Part shown: piece after piece, positions 54,100-62,717 of the stretch
How positions within the stretch are numbered: the stretch's first letter is position 1
Layout of the letters: each line of letters starts with the position of its first letter
NCBI GenBank assembly: GCA_031409275.1
Contig: JANNXA010000055.1
Span: forward strand, 256,001-320,000
DNA length: 64,000 nt
Direction: 5' to 3'
Source: Planctomycetota bacterium
GTDB taxonomy: Bacteria; Planctomycetota; B15-G4; SIAN01
The notes under the pieces: generated by a model
The model's database searches: none
Told to the model about the DNA's origin: nothing
The model's input: only the letters and a program-made list of their open reading frames with translations
Made by a program: the position numbers and the translations under genes

Positions 54100-55889
54100 G
54101 ATGCGCGTGGCAATCGCAACGCCAGCACCGCACCGGCCCCGGCCACCGCCCTCAGTTCGAGTTCGCCGCCGAGGTCACGCGCGAGGCCACGTGCCAACGC
54201 CAGGCCGAGCCCGACTCCCGGCCGCGCATCGTCGTTGCGAGCCCCGCGCTCGAACGGCTCGAAGATCACTTCGCGCAACGCCGCGGGGACACCGGCGCCG
54301 TGGTCGACCACCACGACCTCGACGTCCGCGGCGGTCGCGGTGGCGATGAGCTCGATGCGCGAGGCCTCCTCGCCGCGCCCGTACTTGCAGGCGTTGTCGA
54401 AGAGGTTGAAGAGGATCTGGCCGATCGCGTCGACATCGGTGTCGAGCACCGCCGCCGCGGCAGCCGGATCGACCTTCCAGTCGCACTCGAAGCCCGCCTC
54501 GGCGGCGCGACGACGCAGCGTCGGCTCGTGCGACGCGAGCAGCTTCGCCACCGTGCAGCGTTCGCGCCGCGCCATTGCGCCTCGCTCTTCGAGACGCGCA
54601 TAGGCCAGCACGTTCTCGACCAGCGTGGCGAGGCGTCCCGATTGTTCCTTCAGCGTCTGCAGGTAGCTCTGCCGCTGTTCCGGTGCGGTCACCATCCCGT
54701 CGGCCAGCATCTCGCTGTACATGCGAAACGTCGTGAGCGGCGTGCGCAGCTCATGCGTGACCGCCGAGGCGAAGCGGTCGCGGCGCTGCGCGAGCGCGAC
54801 GCTCGAGCGGACCATCCACCAGCCGACCGCCAGCGCGCCGACGACAGCGATCCACGCCGCGGCGAGCGTCGAGTGCGTGGCCGACCAACCGCCGTCGATC
54901 ACGAGGACCTCGCCGCCGAAGCCGACCGGCGCCACCAATCGAACTGGAATGGAGGTGAGCGACGAAGGGTCGACCTCCATCGCGTTCGCCGTCATCTCGG
55001 GCGCGGGCAGCAGATCGGCGCCGGGCAGAAGGGTCGCGATCGACTCGAGCAGCTGCAGGCGCAACTGCGGCCAGTCGCACCAGATGCCCTGCAACAGCTC
55101 CTGCGCGCCGACCTCGACCCGCCGCACGAAGAAGAGCTCCGGCGTTTCGCCGCCGACCCACCACGGCACCAGCGAACCGACGACGACCTGCGCCGGCGCC
55201 TCGAGCGGCTCGGCCGCGCGGTTGTTGTAGTTGGCGTCGTTCACCGCCGTGCGCTTCACGTCGATGACCTGCTGCTGGCGCGCGACCCAGTCGCCGCCAT
55301 CCGACTTCGCGCCCGCGGTCGCCAGTTCGCACGCCTCGATCGTCACGACCGCAGCACGCAGCGAGGCCGGCGTCACCAGCGCGCGGACCTGCGCCAATCG
55401 CGCCGCGGCGTGGTCGGCGTCGAGCGTCGGGAAGTCCAGGTTTCCGGCCGTGCAGGTCGCCTGCGCGAGGTCGAGCTGATTGCCCAGCGGAACCTGCGGC
55501 GAGCTGAAACGCTGATCGCTGTCGATCTGGAAGTGGAGCCGGAAGGGCGCCGGCGCCACCAGGAGGAGCGGCGAGGCGACCAGCACGTCGCCCTTGCTCA
55601 CCGGGCTCAGGTAGCGCGTGTAGCCGCACTCCTGCGGGTAGTAGGCGAGGTACTCGAAGTAGGGGCGCGCCCCTTCGCGTGCGAGCAACGGCAAGACGCG
55701 CGAGTCGAGCCGCCAGAGCGCGTTGCGCCGCACCGCCTCGGCCTGCTCGCGCGCGCGGCCGTGCGCCTGCTCGGTGCGATGCGCCGCTTCGAGTCGCAGC
55801 GACATCCGCGTCACCAGGAACAGCGCTGCGACGACCGCGCCGGTGCCGGCGAGGTAGAGCCACTGCCAGCGCGCGCGCCGCCGTCTCAT
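54096..55889 (-). CDS. Sensor histidine kinase, two TM with periplasmic domain
   Basis: H box THELRTPLT, N box NLFDNACKY, DHGAG, GVGLGL. Confidence 0.93.
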   Translation of the reverse strand: MRRRRARWQWLYLAGTGAVVAALFLVTRMSLRLEAAHRTEQAHGRAREQAEAVRRNALWRLDSRVLPLLAREGARPYFEYLAYYPQECGYTRYLSPVSKGDVLVASPLLLVAPAPFRLHFQIDSDQRFSSPQVPLGNQLDLAQATCTAGNLDFPTLDADHAAARLAQVRALVTPASLRAAVVTIEACELATAGAKSDGGDWVARQQQVIDVKRTAVNDANYNNRAAEPLEAPAQVVVGSLVPWWVGGETPELFFVRRVEVGAQELLQGIWCDWPQLRLQLLESIATLLPGADLLPAPEMTANAMEVDPSSLTSIPVRLVAPVGFGGEVLVIDGGWSATHSTLAAAWIAVVGALAVGWWMVRSSVALAQRRDRFASAVTHELRTPLTTFRMYSEMLADGMVTAPEQRQSYLQTLKEQSGRLATLVENVLAYARLEERGAMARRERCTVAKLLASHEPTLRRRAAEAGFECDWKVDPAAAAAVLDTDVDAIGQILFNLFDNACKYGRGEEASRIELIATATAADVEVVVVDHGAGVPAALREVIFEPFERGARNDDARPGVGLGLALARGLARDLGGELELRAVAGAGAVLALRLPRAS

Positions 55890-56611
55890 CCGTGCGCCAC
55901 CGGACCGGCGTCAAGGCGGCAGTCGGGCGCGAGCATGTAGCCACTCCCGCGCACGGTCACGACGACTTCGCTGCCGCAGCCGTCGAGCTTCTCCCGCAAG
56001 CGCGCCATGTGCATGTCGATGGTGCGCGTCTGCAGACCGCGCGGGTCGAGACCCCAGACCGCCCGCAGCAACTCGTCGCGCGTCACCACCTGATCGGCCG
56101 CGCTGGCCAGATAGCGCAGCAGTTGCAGCTCCTTCTCCGAGAGCTGGCGCACCTCGCCGGCCGCAAGGCGCACCTCGTGACGCGCGAAGTCGACGCAGCC
56201 GTTTGGCATCGTCAGCCGTTCGATGGGCGGCGGCCGGGTCGCGCTGCGCCGCAACACCGCCTCGACGCGAGCCAGCAGTTCACGCGCCGAGAAGGGCTTC
56301 ACCACGTAGTCGTCGGCGCCCTCCTGCAGCCCGCGCACCCGGTCGTGTTCGGCGCCGCGCGCCGTCACCAGGATCACCGGCAGCAGCGGCTTGGTACGCC
56401 GCACCGACGACAAAATTGCGAAGCCATCCTGGCCGGGGAGCACCACGTCGAGCAGCGCCAGATCGATGGGCAGCGCCAACGCCATCTCGAGGCCGGCGCG
56501 GCCATCGGCCGCCTCGTGCACGGTGTAGCCGCCGTAGCGCAAGGCGTCGACCAGGCCGCGCCGGATGGCGCTGTCGTCTTCCACCACCAGCACCGTCGCC
56601 ATCGAGCTCAC
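55886..56611 (-). CDS. OmpR-family response regulator
   Basis: LVVEDD, LLDVVLP, GADDYVVKPF, wHTH RTIDMHMARLREKL..TVRGSGY. Confidence 0.95.
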   Translation of the reverse strand: MSSMATVLVVEDDSAIRRGLVDALRYGGYTVHEAADGRAGLEMALALPIDLALLDVVLPGQDGFAILSSVRRTKPLLPVILVTARGAEHDRVRGLQEGADDYVVKPFSARELLARVEAVLRRSATRPPPIERLTMPNGCVDFARHEVRLAAGEVRQLSEKELQLLRYLASAADQVVTRDELLRAVWGLDPRGLQTRTIDMHMARLREKLDGCGSEVVVTVRGSGYMLAPDCRLDAGPVAHG

Positions 56612-57855
56612 GTCCCGCCGCTCTCCTTCTTCGCCGGCTCCTGCTTCGCCGGCTCCTGCTTCGCCGGTTCCTTGAAGCGCAGCCCCTTCGCCGTCGCCTG
56701 GGCGCGCAGCGCGTCACGCACCGCGCGATCGAACGCGGCTGCCCCCTCCTGTCCAAGCTTCTCCATTTCGACCGCGACGAAGCACTCCCGCTTCGCGCTC
56801 ACCGCCTGGATCTTCTCTTTCAGCTCGGTGCGCTTGGACCACGCCGCATCGACGCACTGCTGCCGCTGCTCCAACGTCAGCTCGCGCATCTTCTCCGGGA
56901 AGTCCTCTTTCTTCACTTCCTCGAGCTTCAAGCTGCCGGCCTTCACCTGCTCGACGAGATCCCAGTCGCAGGTGTAGAGACTGCCGCCCTTGGTGCAGGC
57001 GCGCGATGCCGCCGTCGCCGCGTTGCAGTTGGCCGCGTTCGCGTCTTGCAGCCGCTGGTTCCCCCAGGCGACGGCCCCGGCCGCGCCGTAGGGCAGGTAG
57101 GTGTCGTTGATCGCCGTCGAGAGGGCGGCGAGCTGTGCATCGAACGGCGTCGCGATCACCACCGTCCCGTTCTGCTGGTCGATCGCCGCGAAGTGGCCGT
57201 CCGCGCGGCGCGCGACCTCCTGCCATCCGGGGGCGAGCTCATCGGCGGGGTTGCCGCAGTAGATCGCGTTCACGGCGATGCCGCGCTCGATCAGGCTCTT
57301 GCAGGCGTCGCCGAAGTGGACGACCTGATCCTGGTCGGCCGATTCGTTGCCGGCCACCACCACCAGCTTCAAGGCGTCCGCCTGCGAGGACCAATCGAGC
57401 GACTGGCCGGCGGTCGACAGCACGCGCCCGACCATCTCGGTGCCACCGTTGGTGGTCAGCGCGAAGAGACGCTGCGAGACGACATCGAGATCCTCGGTGA
57501 GCGGCGCATCGACCTTCACCCAACCGCCGTCGGCCGGATAGCCGTCGTTGCCGAAGGTGAGCAGCGCGACGCGCAACTTCGGCGTCGGCTCGGCCAACGC
57601 CAACTCGTTCACGATCGCCCACAACTTCTGCCGCGCGGCATCGAGCAGCCCGTCCATGCTGCCGCTCGTGTCGAGGCAGAGGGCGAGGTCGATCGAAGGC
57701 GCCGCGCGCGCGCTTGGCGCGGCCGCCGGCATCGCGATCGGGCGCTCGTCACCGGCCAGCGCGGGCGCGCCGACCAAACCCAGCGCGGCCGCGGCGAGCG
57801 TGGCGCGTTGCCGCCGATTGCCGCCGCCGCGAGTCGAGCCGATCGATCGCAACAT
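56608..57855 (-). CDS. Secreted vWA domain protein
   Basis: ATG 57855 after AGGAG; signal peptide, MIDAS DTSGS, GGTE, AGNE; EPAKQ repeats at the C-terminus (56629-56673). Confidence 0.85.
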   Translation of the reverse strand: MLRSIGSTRGGGNRRQRATLAAAALGLVGAPALAGDERPIAMPAAAPSARAAPSIDLALCLDTSGSMDGLLDAARQKLWAIVNELALAEPTPKLRVALLTFGNDGYPADGGWVKVDAPLTEDLDVVSQRLFALTTNGGTEMVGRVLSTAGQSLDWSSQADALKLVVVAGNESADQDQVVHFGDACKSLIERGIAVNAIYCGNPADELAPGWQEVARRADGHFAAIDQQNGTVVIATPFDAQLAALSTAINDTYLPYGAAGAVAWGNQRLQDANAANCNAATAASRACTKGGSLYTCDWDLVEQVKAGSLKLEEVKKEDFPEKMRELTLEQRQQCVDAAWSKRTELKEKIQAVSAKRECFVAVEMEKLGQEGAAAFDRAVRDALRAQATAKGLRFKEPAKQEPAKQEPAKKESGGT

Positions 57856-57920
57856 GAGTGTCTCCTGGCGCTGACCACGAGGCGGTCGCGCGACTTGAAA
57901 GGAACGGGAAGAAGGAACGC

Positions 57921-60230
57921 TCACTCGCCGCCCAGGCGCACGAGCAACCGGCGTCCGCGATGGTCGAGCACGACGTCGCCGCGGAGCGTCAGCAAGGCGG
58001 CACGCCCATCGGCGACGAGTTCGTCGACGAGGGTGTGCCACGCGGGCGAGCCAAGCTCCACCAGCGGCAGCGGCTCCGCGGCTGCCGGCAGCGCGGGGAG
58101 TCCGATGATCTTCGAATCGACCCACTGGCCCTGATTGCAGAAGAAGGCGCGATCGCCGACCTGCTGCACCGTCGCGATCTCGACGCGCGCCAGCTTGTCG
58201 TTGCCCGCCGCGACGTCGACGAAGCCGTTGCGCAGATCGACCGTCGACTTCGACTTGCGGTCGTTGAAGTTGGAGCCCTGCGCCACCGCGCCGAACCCCG
58301 ACCGCTCGTTCATCGCCCGACCCGCGAGCGTGGCGTTGCACTGCTCCGTCAGCTGCGACCAGCTGCGCAGATCGGCGCCGTCGGTGGCGAGGAACGCGGT
58401 GTACTCGGTCAGCACCCCGAACTCGGTGGACAGGCGCAGGATCTCCTCCGTCAGCTCGACCAGCCGCGGATCGTTGCCGACCGGCGGCGCGAGAAATGGA
58501 GAGCGTTCGGCGCTGCCGAGCTCGCGCACCTGGTCGACCAGGAAGGCGATGCGGCGCGTGGCCCACAGACGCGGCACGAACGCGTTGCGCGTCGTGGCGC
58601 GCGCCAGATCGAGCGTGAAGCGGAAGGTGCTCGGCTTGCCGAGATGGCGGCCGCTCACCTGGAAGGCGAGCGGCGCCTCGCCCACGTACTGGCCCAGCAC
58701 GATCAGCGAATCGCCTTCGAACTGGTCGGGCAGCGACATCGGCGCCAGTTCGCGGATGCGCCGCGGATCGAGCGAGCCGTCCGGCGCGAGCGTGTCGAGC
58801 CGGACGTCGGAAAGGAGCGGCCCGTAGAGCTTCTTCCAGACTTTGGCGACGGCGAGCTCGACATCCTCGCCGGGCAGCACGTAGGTCGTGCTGGCACGGG
58901 TCACGTCGGCGATCCGATCGAGCAGCGGCGCGTTGACGTCCGCGCCGACGCCGAAGGTGAAGATGCGCCGCTGGTGGACGTTGCCATTCACGACGAGCTC
59001 GCGCAGCGTCACCTCGGACGTCGAGCGAACCGTCGGCAGGCCATCGGTCAGGAACAGCACGAGCGGCAGCGTCCCTTCGACATGTGGCTGTCGCAGCGCC
59101 TCGACGAGCGCGTCGTGGATGTTGGTGCCGCCATTGGGGCGCAGGCTGGCGAGGTAGCCGCGTGCCTGCGCGCTGCTGCTGGCATCCTTTACCACCGGCG
59201 CGGCGGCGAAAAGCGCCACCGTCGTCGAGTAGTCGATCAGGTTGAACGACTCGCCATCGACGAGCCCTTCGATGGCCTGCAGCGCGGCCGCGCGCGCCTG
59301 GTCCCACTTGCTCCCCGCCATGCTGCCCGAGCGATCGAGCACGACGGTCAGCTCGCGGCGCACCTGGGCGCGATCGCCATCGCTTCGCGCCGGCATCCCC
59401 GCCATCAACAGGAAGTAGCCGCCGCCCACTCGCGGATCGGGGTAAGCGAAGAGCGACGCGGTGAGCTCCTTCTGCTGCGTGAGGTAGCTGAGCCGGAAGG
59501 AGCCCGGATTGAGCCGCGCGCTCGCGGCGAGCCGCGCCGTCATCGAGCTGCCATCGACGCGAGCGACGTCGAGTTCGTGGCTCGGGGAATAGAGCATCGC
59601 CACGCCGGCGCGGCTGTGCACCGAGACATCGATGGTCCACGGCACTTGCGCCGCAAGCGACTCGCTGCGCGCCAGCACGTAGTCGATGCGCGCCCCGTCG
59701 CGCTCGAGCAGATGCTCGTAGCAGAGGCGCACGCGCTGCACGCCATGAGCGGGGATCGGGAAGACGCTGCTCTTCACCATGGCGTGGCCGGCGAATTCGA
59801 GCAGGCCGGGATCCTTCAGACGCCGCACGATCTCGTCGTAGATTCGCCGCGCTTCGTCGCGCGCCACGACTCGTGCCGTCGCTTCGGCCGCGCTTCCTTC
59901 GAGCTCGAACGCGGAGACGGCCGCGTCATCGGGGACCGGCAACAGCACGATCGCCTCTGCCGGCTGGCCGCCCTCGTTGCGCAGCTCGAGTTCGAGGGTC
60001 GTTGAGGCGGTCTGTTCGAGCAGCCGCACCGCGGCTCGCACGGAAGCGACATGGACCCCATTGGGTCGCGGCAGCAGGGCGAAGTTGTGGCTGGCCGGCG
60101 CGACGACGTCGGTGCAGTGCAGCAGCTCGGCGAACGCATCGCCGCCGCCAGTGGCGAACGCTTGCGGTGCCGCAGGCGGCGCGGCGGTCAGGGCGAGGGC
60201 GAGGGCGAGGAGCGTGGCGACAGCAACCAT
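57921..60230 (-). CDS. Secreted VIT plus vWA domain protein
   Basis: Signal peptide, VIT (EARRIYDEIVRRLKDPGLLEF), MIDAS DRSGS, GGTN, FLTDG, WATRRI. Confidence 0.9.
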   Translation of the reverse strand: MVAVATLLALALALTAAPPAAPQAFATGGGDAFAELLHCTDVVAPASHNFALLPRPNGVHVASVRAAVRLLEQTASTTLELELRNEGGQPAEAIVLLPVPDDAAVSAFELEGSAAEATARVVARDEARRIYDEIVRRLKDPGLLEFAGHAMVKSSVFPIPAHGVQRVRLCYEHLLERDGARIDYVLARSESLAAQVPWTIDVSVHSRAGVAMLYSPSHELDVARVDGSSMTARLAASARLNPGSFRLSYLTQQKELTASLFAYPDPRVGGGYFLLMAGMPARSDGDRAQVRRELTVVLDRSGSMAGSKWDQARAAALQAIEGLVDGESFNLIDYSTTVALFAAAPVVKDASSSAQARGYLASLRPNGGTNIHDALVEALRQPHVEGTLPLVLFLTDGLPTVRSTSEVTLRELVVNGNVHQRRIFTFGVGADVNAPLLDRIADVTRASTTYVLPGEDVELAVAKVWKKLYGPLLSDVRLDTLAPDGSLDPRRIRELAPMSLPDQFEGDSLIVLGQYVGEAPLAFQVSGRHLGKPSTFRFTLDLARATTRNAFVPRLWATRRIAFLVDQVRELGSAERSPFLAPPVGNDPRLVELTEEILRLSTEFGVLTEYTAFLATDGADLRSWSQLTEQCNATLAGRAMNERSGFGAVAQGSNFNDRKSKSTVDLRNGFVDVAAGNDKLARVEIATVQQVGDRAFFCNQGQWVDSKIIGLPALPAAAEPLPLVELGSPAWHTLVDELVADGRAALLTLRGDVVLDHRGRRLLVRLGGE

Positions 60231-60257
60231 GGCAGCGTCTCCGAATCGGCACCTCGT

Positions 60258-60285
60258 TCTGACCCGATCGGGTCAGTGAAGTTCC
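60258..60285 (-). promoter_or_regulatory. ECF-type promoter containing a perfect 18-bp palindrome
   Basis: GGAACTT-16 bp-TCAGA, 27 bp upstream of the VIT-vWA ATG; CTGACCCGATCGGGTCAG at 60259-60276. Confidence 0.6.
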
Positions 60286-60360
60286 GTTCCGTATCGACGC
60301 AACCTACGGCCGCGAAGCGGCGCGGTCGGTCACAGCCGTGCAACACGCGCGAACGCGGTC

Positions 60361-61839
60361 TCAGCGCTGCACGAAGACGCCGTTGTTCTCGGTCGCGAGC
60401 CGGCGCAGGAATTCGGCGTCGATCCCCTTGCCAAGCCCGATCGTGTGGAGGATCACCCGCTTCATCGGATTCAGCCGGCGCACGAGCTGCAGCGAGCGGT
60501 CGGGCGGATCGCGTCCGCCCGGCAGGAACGGCTGGCCGTCGGTCAGCAAGAAGATCGTGTCGACCGAGGCGTCGTAGTACTTGTCGCCGGCGCCGCGGCC
60601 CGCGATGGCGAAGGCGTTCTCGAGCGAGTCGTAGATGTTGGTCGCGCCGCCTGGGCCAAGCTCCGCCACCCACTTCTGTGCCTTCTTGATCCGGTCGGGC
60701 GTCGCCTCGACCAGCCCCTTCTGCCAGCGATCGGCGCCGTTGCTGAAATAGACGATGTCGAACTTCACCTGCGGCGGCAGCTCGCCCAGCGCGCGGATCA
60801 GCTCCTTCTTCGACGCCTCCATGCGGCTCTCTTCGCCGGCGGGCGCGGGGATCGGCTGCGTCTCCGCCGCGTCGCCCCACTTCGGATTCGTCATCGACAC
60901 CTGCATCGAGCCCGAGCAGTCGATCACGTAGACGATCGAACGGGCGTCCTGCGGAATGCCGTGGAAGTAGCCATTCGCCTGCATCTGCACCGCCGGCTCG
61001 CCGCCGCCGAGCTCGACCTGCCCCGACGTGAAGCGCAAGCCTTCGGCCGCAAACCAGCTCTTCCAAGCGTTGGGACTCGCTCCGAGCTTCTGCCGGGTGA
61101 GGATCTCGAGTGCCGCGGCGAACTTCACCTGCGTGCGACCGCTCTCCTTCTCGAGCCGCAGCACCATCGGCTCGATGGCCGCGGGCACCACCAGCTTCGC
61201 GAGCGCCAGCGCCGCCTGCTCGCGTACCGTGGCTTCGGCGTGGTCGATCAACGGCAGCAGCGTCGCGCCCAGTTCCTTCGCGCGCGGCCCGAGCTCCTGC
61301 GCCAGCAGCAGCAGCGCCACCCAGTCGTCCTGGCGCTTCAGCGTCGGTGCCGCCTTCACCAGGACCGGGAGCAGCGGCTCGCCGACCGGCGCGGCGCCAT
61401 GCAGCGCCGCGAGCTTGAAGGTGAGCCCGACCGCCTCATCCCCCAGCACTCGACCGACCAACCAGACCAGCCCTTCGGTGGAATGGAGGTAGCCGAGCCG
61501 CTCGATGACGCGCGCCTGCGCCTTGCGGATCGGGTCGATCTTGGCGCGCCGCTCGACGATCTCGCCGTCCGAAAGGTCGCCCTTGGTCAGCTCCGCATGC
61601 GCGAGCTTCTCGGTCGACTGCGCCGCCGCTTCGAGCGCGAGCGACGCCTTGAGCAGGAGCTGCGCGATGGCCAACGAGTCGTAGGGACCGAGCCCATCGA
61701 GCGCGTCGACGAGTTCGACCGCCCGCTCCTTGGGATTGCGCAGGTACTTCTCGACCGTCGCGATCGCGTCCGCCTCGGCGTCGCCGCAAATCCGCGGTGA
61801 CGCCACGAGGAGCGCGAGGCAGGCGAGCAACGCCGTCAT
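60361..61839 (-). CDS. Secreted HEAT-repeat plus vWA domain protein
   Basis: Signal MTALLACLALL; HEAT VREQAALALAKL; MIDAS DCSGS, GATN, LLTDG. Confidence 0.85.
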   Translation of the reverse strand: MTALLACLALLVASPRICGDAEADAIATVEKYLRNPKERAVELVDALDGLGPYDSLAIAQLLLKASLALEAAAQSTEKLAHAELTKGDLSDGEIVERRAKIDPIRKAQARVIERLGYLHSTEGLVWLVGRVLGDEAVGLTFKLAALHGAAPVGEPLLPVLVKAAPTLKRQDDWVALLLLAQELGPRAKELGATLLPLIDHAEATVREQAALALAKLVVPAAIEPMVLRLEKESGRTQVKFAAALEILTRQKLGASPNAWKSWFAAEGLRFTSGQVELGGGEPAVQMQANGYFHGIPQDARSIVYVIDCSGSMQVSMTNPKWGDAAETQPIPAPAGEESRMEASKKELIRALGELPPQVKFDIVYFSNGADRWQKGLVEATPDRIKKAQKWVAELGPGGATNIYDSLENAFAIAGRGAGDKYYDASVDTIFLLTDGQPFLPGGRDPPDRSLQLVRRLNPMKRVILHTIGLGKGIDAEFLRRLATENNGVFVQR

Positions 61840-61960
61840 GGTGGATCTCAAGTCGAGGTGAAGGGGCGCTTGCCGGGAGCAGCGCGCCCTCCTGATACCG
61901 ATGCAGCGCCCCCGAGCAACCGGAGCCGCCCCGGGGCGCGCCGTCGAAACCGCCGCCCCG

Positions 61961-61988
61961 CGAACTTCGCGCGAGGAAATCAGTCGAA
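61961..61988 (+). promoter_or_regulatory. ECF-type promoter upstream of the ECF sigma gene
   Basis: CGAACTT-16 bp-TCGAA, about 100 bp before the sigma start. Confidence 0.5.
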
Positions 61989-62089
61989 CAGCGCGCGAAC
62001 GGCGTCGTTGACGCGATGCTGGCGGGCAACGCCAGCGCGGTGCCATGACGACGCCCGAAACGCGCTAGCGGCCAGGAGCGGGACCGACC

Positions 62090-62650
62090 TTGGACGACGC
62101 CCTCGACAGCGGGAACGACGACGGAGGCGACCTGCGTCGCTTCCTCGCCGGCGACCGCGAGTGTTTCGCCAAGGTGCTCGCCCGCCATCAAGGAGCGCTG
62201 CTGCACTACGCCCACCACCGCCTGCGCGATGCGACGGCGGCGGAGGATGCGGTGCAGGAGACCTTCCTGCGGCTCTTGCGCGAAGCGGCGGCGTTGACCG
62301 CGAACCGATCGTTGGCGGCGTGGCTCTTCCACGTCTGCCGCAACGTCTGCGCCGATGCGGCGCGCAAGGAGGTTCGCATGCAGCAACGAGAGCGGCGCGT
62401 CGCGGTCCCCGACCTCGCGCCGGCCGCGACCTGGAGCGCCGAGCAGCAAGAAGAGCAGAGCAAGGTGCGCGAACTGCTCGACGCGCTGCCCGACCACGAA
62501 CGCGAGGTGCTCACCTTGAAGGTGCACCACGGCAAGAGCTACCGCGAGATCCAGGCGCTGCTGGACACTTCGCTGCACGACGTCTTCAGCACGGCGCAGC
62601 GCGCATTGAAACGCGTCGCCGCCGGATTGCGCGCGGCCGGACTCGCCTGA
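62090..62650 (+). CDS. ECF RNA polymerase sigma factor
   Basis: TTG start after AGGAG; region 2 AEDAVQETFLRL..AWLF; region 4 LDALPDHEREVL..GKSYREI. Confidence 0.92.
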   Translation: MDDALDSGNDDGGDLRRFLAGDRECFAKVLARHQGALLHYAHHRLRDATAAEDAVQETFLRLLREAAALTANRSLAAWLFHVCRNVCADAARKEVRMQQRERRVAVPDLAPAATWSAEQQEEQSKVRELLDALPDHEREVLTLKVHHGKSYREIQALLDTSLHDVFSTAQRALKRVAAGLRAAGLA

Positions 62651-62717
62651 CGGCGCCGCCGCGACCGCCACCAAGTTTCGAACCCACCACGGCGCGCTTC
62701 GCGCTGGGAGAATCCCG

